Shown here: one piece after another, positions 9,071 to 14,667 of the stretch
Numbering within the stretch: position 1 is the stretch's first letter
How the letters are laid out: each line of letters begins with the position of its first letter
Assembly (NCBI GenBank): GCA_054661495.1
Contig: BAAFSQ010000245.1
Coordinates: forward strand, 1-14,667
Source of the DNA: Zygophlyctis sp. KS116
Lineage: Eukaryota > Fungi > Chytridiomycota
Length of the DNA: 14,667 bases
Direction: 5' to 3'
Notes under the pieces: model-generated
The model's input: only the letters and a program-made list of their open reading frames with translations
Told to the model about the DNA's origin: nothing
Databases searched by the model: none
Position numbers and translations under genes: made by a program

Positions 9071-12000
9071 TCAAGGAAACAGTTCTGGTCTTGCTCTATT
9101 ATCTGAAAATAGAGCCAGAGTAATCATCTCAACTCCCCAAGCGAGTCCAAAGTCTAGTACCATTGTTGTAAGTAACTTTGTACGAAACTAATCGTTAAAG
9201 AAGAAATCTTACTTCATCTTTAAAAGGTACGAGCTGAAGAGATTCATTCAAAGAAGGAAATGACTCAGAAGCAGCTGAAAATGCAATTAGAGATACAATG
9301 GCCAAACTGTTAAAAAGAGACTTGTTCTGAAATAGAGATTCTCGAAATGGTAGACCCTGTAATTTTTAGTGAGATTAGAGTACCTGATAATTGATTGCAA
9401 AAGTAGAAACCTGCATAACAAGCGAAACAAGATACATTGCGCTGTTAAGTAAGTTTGGCACGAATTCTGCATCCGGTAGAATCTCGACCTCCTCTTCTTC
9501 ATTAAAGATCATAACTTGCTGTCTTATATAGAACATGGCAGCCACATGAACAGCAGCCTGCCCCAATACTGACAAGATAATATAAAGATTAAAAATATTT
9601 GGCTGGGGTCTCTTCTTTGATAGCTTTTCGACAGCCTATATGGTAAAATCAATAGACTTACGCTAGATTTTGCGATTCCAAAAAAACAAATTGTTAAAAG
9701 AAATCCTGCGATGGTCGCCTGCCAATCTCCCTGTTTAACACCTGCTAAATGAAGTACGCTCAGTGAGTAGGCGCTGATTAAAGAATTTAAAGCCAATATC
9801 TTATACATTTGAATCATTGCCACTAAAGTAGATCTTCCTTGACGGGCAATATTAACAACTAAATTTATGATTGGGAAGCGCAATACCTGAAGTGACACTC
9901 GATACCTTTGAAGTAAAAGGCGCCGCCACTGAAGCATCACCAAACTTAATAACAGGAACTTCATCTTCCATTTCTCCCATTAATTGAGTCATAGTATCCT
10001 GAGTCTAAATTATATATTTTACTTACCTGTAACTGGGCAGGCGGCTAAATATTTATTCAATTTCTCACTTACATTATTAGCAGCTTGACCGGGAGTCGGA
10101 GGGAGTCCCCATGATTTACGCATCTGCTCCTGCTTTTCTAGTAGCTTTTTTCTATGTCTTTCTCTTAATCGTACTGCAAGTTTCTCCAATTCTTCTTGAT
10201 TTCCGTCCAGCAATGCAACACCTAACATTTAAATAGTATTTATACCAATATGGCTTTGTTTAAGAGCCCCTACATCATTTGTGCCATCCCCCGCCATCAA
10301 TGTAATATACCCAGCTAATTTAAGCTGCGTCAAAATCATTTCTTTCTGCGAAGGAGAGGTTCTAGCATAAATCCAAATTCTCGGCAATAATTTTGAAAAT
10401 AGTTTTGACCCTTCCAACAGTGAAAGTGCATTACCAGTAACACAAAGGTCGTATGAGAAAATCTTTTCGTCAATATTTTCACTAGAGGGATCCATTTTAA
10501 TCCTAACAGACTCGTCAATCGACCACCATTCTAGTCCTAATGAAATTATATAGTGATCTATACCTTCATTTTCACGAGTATCACCAATCAAGATGTTTCT
10601 GGTGGATATTTCAACTTCTTTTGCAACATGGCAAGCTGTTAAAGCATTATCCCCAGTAATCATCACAACTCTATGAGATGAGTAATTGAGGCTTTTGACA
10701 GCTGACTTTGCGTCCGGTTTCAAAGGGCAGAAAAACACCAAAAATCCAGCAAACTCCAACTCCGATTCCACCTCACTACGATGAAGGTCTTTTATCTATT
10801 GTAAGATTTAATATAAAAACTACTACTTTTGTGGCTGAAACATTCAAATACTTGAAACCAAGAGCTAAGACTCGCTTTCCTTTACGTGCCCAATTTTTAT
10901 AATCTTCTTCATAACCTTGCGGTACTTTGGAAAGCATTCCTTGAATTGTTTCAGGAGCCCCTTTAACAGCAACAAGTAGTTTGTTTGAATCTGATACAGA
11001 AGAAATAGTTGACATTCTTTTTAGTTGAGAAGAAAACTGAAATCGTCGGATTATCTTGAGCTTATCCGAAGATTTTTTAGATTTTGAGACAACTACATCA
11101 GATGAAGATAGAGTCCAATCTATAGATTCTAAAGTGTTTTTTTCCATAGGATCGCCAATTATGCCATCATCCAGCAGAGCAAGGGCATGCGCAGCGGCTA
11201 ATACTCGACATGTCTCTTTTGGAACAGACTTGATATTATGTAGCACATCAGAAGGATGAGTTCCACTGAGACCAGCAACACCTTCAACGATTAGATTTTC
11301 TGCTGTTAGAGTTCCCGTTTTATCAAAACATGCCACATCTATTCGACCAGCAAAAGGAATTCTAAACGGCTCTGTACAAAAGATGTACATTTTTGATAAT
11401 GCAACAAGGGAGTTGTTGACTGCCAATGATAATTCCATAGGAAGTTCTGGGGGAACTACAGACGTGATGATCAAAATACAATGAAGTAAAAGTTTAGACT
11501 GACTTCTTTCATCATCTTTAGAGCCTTCAGTCCATACATACCATGACGCAATAACTGCGAAAAACAACAGAAATAGAATAAAGAGCAGGGCTTCCAAATT
11601 ATTCGCAGTAACACGTTCAGTAGAGTATATAATAGTTCTCACAAGTTTTCCTTGTTCAGTTGAGAATCCAGTTCTTATGACAACCGTTAATGCACCTCCA
11701 TCTGGAGTCACAATTTTCCCACTTCCTTGCGTAACTTGTAAAACCTTTGTCCCACCAAAAACTACATGCCCCTTGTCTGATTCCATATTAAAAGTTTCAT
11801 CGGGCTCTCTTATATCAATAGACTCTTTCAACTGTGGCGTTGATTCTCCAGACAACATTGCTTCATTTGCTATACACGAACCATCAAGAAGCAAAAGATC
11901 AGCAGGAACTGGAGCCTCATCTTTACATCTAACAAGAGAAAGTAAATCTAAAGGCAATAACTTATCAGTACTAAATTCCTGCCATTTCCCATCTCTAAAA

Positions 12001-12779
12001 ACATTTACCATATAAGGTTTAATAGACATACTTCTAAATTCCTGCAAGTTTTTCAATCTCTAATTATATTTAGAAAAATTATTCTTTATACCTGCACAAC
12101 CACTGTAGCTTCAAATACCATGAGCATAAAAAGCGTAAAAAGAGAATAATACCACATTTCATCCAAAAACCATAAAGCAACACAAAACAGTTGAAAAATA
12201 AAAAAAGGCGCAACCAAATGCTCTTTAAATAGTTCCATAAAACTAGGAATAGGAATATCAAATCTATTTTAATCAAGAATTTCTATAATACCTGTTATAA
12301 CCATATTTACCCCTCGCCCTTCTCAGCTCTGATTCACCCTTTAACCCATCCAACTCTTTAAATTCCATAAACTTTGTAGGAGTATCTCCTGGATAGTCTA
12401 TCCCTTTAAAGTCTTTTGTATCTTCATCCCAAATATACTTTTTCTTTTGAAATACAAAAAATATTCCCTCTTTAGACTTGTTTAATAGTACAAGTTCCGC
12501 TGATCCTTGATGCGGTCCGGGAACAACAAGAACATGAGTTCCCTCATTAATCCCAGATGCATGTCTACAACTGTACCAGGCCTTTATTTTAACAGACCAG
12601 ATTGTGGATAGGTACATCAACCCCTGTAATCCCATCAGAAGCAAGAACGACAGTCCTGCAAACTCTCTCTCCATAGAATTCAGGAAATACAACCAAGTTG
12701 ATAAGAAAATTACAGAAACACTTGAGAAAAAGTACGAATTTGATCGTTTTACCAAGAGCTTATAATTGAATAATGACAT
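9071..12779 (-). CDS. SPF1: P5A-type ATPase, ER transmembrane-helix dislocase SPF1/ATP13A1 (about 1136 aa, 12 exons)
   Basis: Exons: 12779-12292, 12263-12092, 12059-10827, 10795-10564, 10536-10246, 10221-10073, 10044-10027, 10004-9887, 9858-9662, 9635-9384, 9356-9213 and 9187-9071 (3411 nt, open throughout). Motifs: [21 protein letters not shown]5A-type PPELPMEL, phosphorylation site [26 protein letters not shown] and [12 protein letters not shown]. Confidence 0.95.
10027..10044 (-). other. 18-nt phase-0 microexon (PPAQLQ) in SPF1
   Basis: Flanked by an acceptor (...tatttag, 10045) and a GTAAGT donor (10026). The upstream intron also starts GTAAGT (10072). Confidence 0.7.
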
Positions 12780-13089
12780 TTCTAGATTCTATAATGAATA
12801 AGAAAATTAAAGTAATTACTTGTAATCGTTTATTTACTGGAACTTTAATATGCGTAGACTATCTCGGGAATCTACTATTGCAGTCGGCAACTGGTATTTT
12901 TTGTCACCTTTTCCTAACACTTTAGAACTTGTTGCAGCTGCTCCATCATTAATTAAGGATTCCAGTCAACATTCTAAATCAATCAATAATCAAGATCGAT
13001 GGATTGGCTTGATTATGATTCCAGGGGATCGTTGGACACGAGTATTTCTAGTCTCCGATGATGCATACGTCATTCCAAATGAATTTTAA
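12773..13089 (+). CDS. NAA38: Sm/LSm-domain protein, most like NatC auxiliary subunit NAA38/LSMD1/Mak31 (87-94 aa, 2 exons)
   Basis: ATG at 12773 (or 12794). Exon 1 ends at 12893, a 32-nt intron with a CTAAC branch site spans 12894-12925, and exon 2 is 12926-13089. Protein: [41 protein letters not shown] (Sm1: R.F.G.L...D..GN.LL...E) ... DRWIGLIMIPGDRWTRVFLV (Sm2: R.IGL.MIPG). Confidence 0.8.
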
Positions 13090-14667
13090 AAGAGCAGAGG
13101 TGGGGGATGTGCCCAAAATACTCAAATTAGCTCCTTCATTATCAGTAGAGGAACTTTCAAAGATTATGTAATAATTAATTTTTTTTGATTTTAGTGAGAA
13201 AAGTCCAGTGGCAGTGATTGGATCAAGTCAAGATGAATCAGAAATTTATGGTCTTTTAGTACTTGATAATGATCCAAAAAATTCAAATTTAAATCAGGAT
13301 TGTGATGATTGGGAAGATTGGATCAATGATGAATATGATGTAAATATGAATGTAAAATCTTGTTTTTAACTGGTTAGTTGGAAAATACGCTTTTTCTTTC
13401 AGTTTTCATTGGTCATCCAGATTATAATATTCAAGTTTTAGACTCTATACTAACATATGTTTTTGAATGGTTACCTATGCTTACATATATTGGATATTTA
13501 GTGAACAGTTCATACACTGTAGGTTCTCCAATCTCTGATTTTAAATTACCAAAAGATGTGGATAAATCAGACAATAAAAAGACAAAGGCTTTAAAAACAA
13601 AATATTTTAATCAGATTTTATCAAAAGGGACAAGGCCGTCATTATGGTTAAGTTTAAGAAAGGATTTTACAAAAACTTTCAAGATTAGAAAGTCTAGAGT
13701 AGAAGATTGTGATGATATATCTCCAATGCTCTTAAAGCAAAATAGTGTATTGTTTTAAAAAAATTAAAAATGTAGCAATTATCACAGAAAAAGATGGAAT
13801 ATTTTCTCTCTCAATTACTTGAAACTCATTCAGATGTCACAAAAACTCTTGTAGCAGAGGTATTTTCTATTCTTTAAAGTAATAGTGTGGCGGGAAAGTT
13901 GTTGGATTCATGAGTTTTTCACTTGATCCGTCTGTAGATCAACTTGATGAAACATTTGATTTAGATGAATATGATGGTCTAAGGAAAGGTATTACTTTTA
14001 TATTTATCACAAGAGGATTCTTCTTTGGATGCATTTTGCATAAATTTATTCTGTATTGAAAATGGTTTAGCGAATATGGCATATGAATTAGTCAAGGCAG
14101 CGTATCTTATACTTCCAGAATATAACTATTGCATATTGACGGTATCTCCAACTGTTCAAGAGCATCCACTATGGAAAAACTTTACATTGGTTTCTCCAAG
14201 ACCTGGGAAACACTCGTCTTGTGTCCTTTATGTCAATAATAGGTTTTCCGCTAGAGTTTCGGTTCGATATGCAGTGATCAGTGAATTGGATCAAGTAAAA
14301 AGATTTTTGGATGCCTCAAGTCAGTCGATGGATATTTATAACGAATTTCAGAGAGGTTTAAACTTTACGGATGATATTTTGGCACAAAAACCATTCATAA
14401 TGGAGAATTCCGGTCAGATAATCGGAGTGGCTACTTTAGGAAAGTGCATTAATTCAAGTCAAGTGGTTGATCAGTTTGATGTTGCAAAATTTATAAATAT
14501 TCCAAGAGACGGGTTTGACGGTAAATATCTATACCTTTGCAATTTCATCATTAATCCCCTTTTCGAAGCACAGTCCAGGGCTGTATTTCGTGTAAGTGAA
14601 TTATTGCAACTAATTGATCTAGAAAATTATGCAAGTGGCGAAAGTAGACTGCCTAATTCATTCTTTT
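13079..14667 (+). CDS. CFAP61: Cilia- and flagella-associated protein 61, 5' portion (runs off the window)
   Basis: In-frame ATGs at 13058, 13061 and 13079. Introns at 13168-13194, 13352-13377, 13747-13775, 13860-13885, 13989-14013 and 14592-14622. The spliced frame is open and gives WEDWI...LENTLFLSVFIG, IRKSRVEDCDD, YFLSQLLE...LVAECGGKVVGFMS, FDLDEYDGLRK, DAFCINLFCIE, NYCILTV and NFIINPLF, matching the recalled CFAP61 N-terminal domain. Confidence 0.82.

Noticed and set aside
3442-12276. Track ORFs 3442-3651, 3985-4230, 4528-4713, 8409-8705, 9287-9502, 10336-10518, 10708-10902, 11056-11259, 11677-12015 and 12079-12276
   Set aside because: These are antisense or off-frame shadows of well-supported genes, with no recognisable motifs.
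2147-14667. Fragmented ORFs read as pseudogenes, programmed frameshifts or sequencing errors
   Set aside because: Every break is bridged by a GTA...AG segment of 22-32 nt whose removal restores the frame and conserved motifs.
49-14667. Alternative genetic code (stop-codon reassignment as in ciliates)
   Set aside because: All internal stops fall within inferred introns. The spliced CDSs are open under the standard code and end in TAA or TGA.
1-14667. tRNA, rRNA, snoRNA, CRISPR arrays and transposons
   Set aside because: None recognised. The longest non-coding gap is about 160 bp, and the introns are too short to host snoRNAs.

Overview
AT-rich, very compact eukaryotic DNA, not prokaryotic. 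The ORF track is fragmented because the genes are split by about 28 tiny GTA...(Y/A)AG introns of 22-32 nt. Hand-splicing gives 11 protein-coding genes: TMEM69/DUF3429, FAM210/DUF1279, a short dynactin p62, a TBC Rab-GAP, an orphan type I membrane protein, an Nramp/SMF transporter, HemW/RSAD1, a SelJ/J1-crystallin-like ADP-ribosylglycohydrolase, the P5A ATPase SPF1/ATP13A1, an LSm-domain gene (NAA38/Mak31-like) that the ORF track mistranslates, and the 5' part of flagellar CFAP61. Fungal-looking proteins plus CFAP61 suggest a zoosporic fungus (chytrid or relative); this is an inference. The most striking signals are ciliate-like miniature introns, an 18-nt microexon, intergenic gaps as short as 9-36 bp, and three genes with apparently overlapping CDSs. 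SPF1 and the LSm gene appear to start head-to-head within the heptamer ATGACAT, and CFAP61 starts before the LSm stop codon. All gene models are manual, and family assignments come from recalled motifs rather than database searches.
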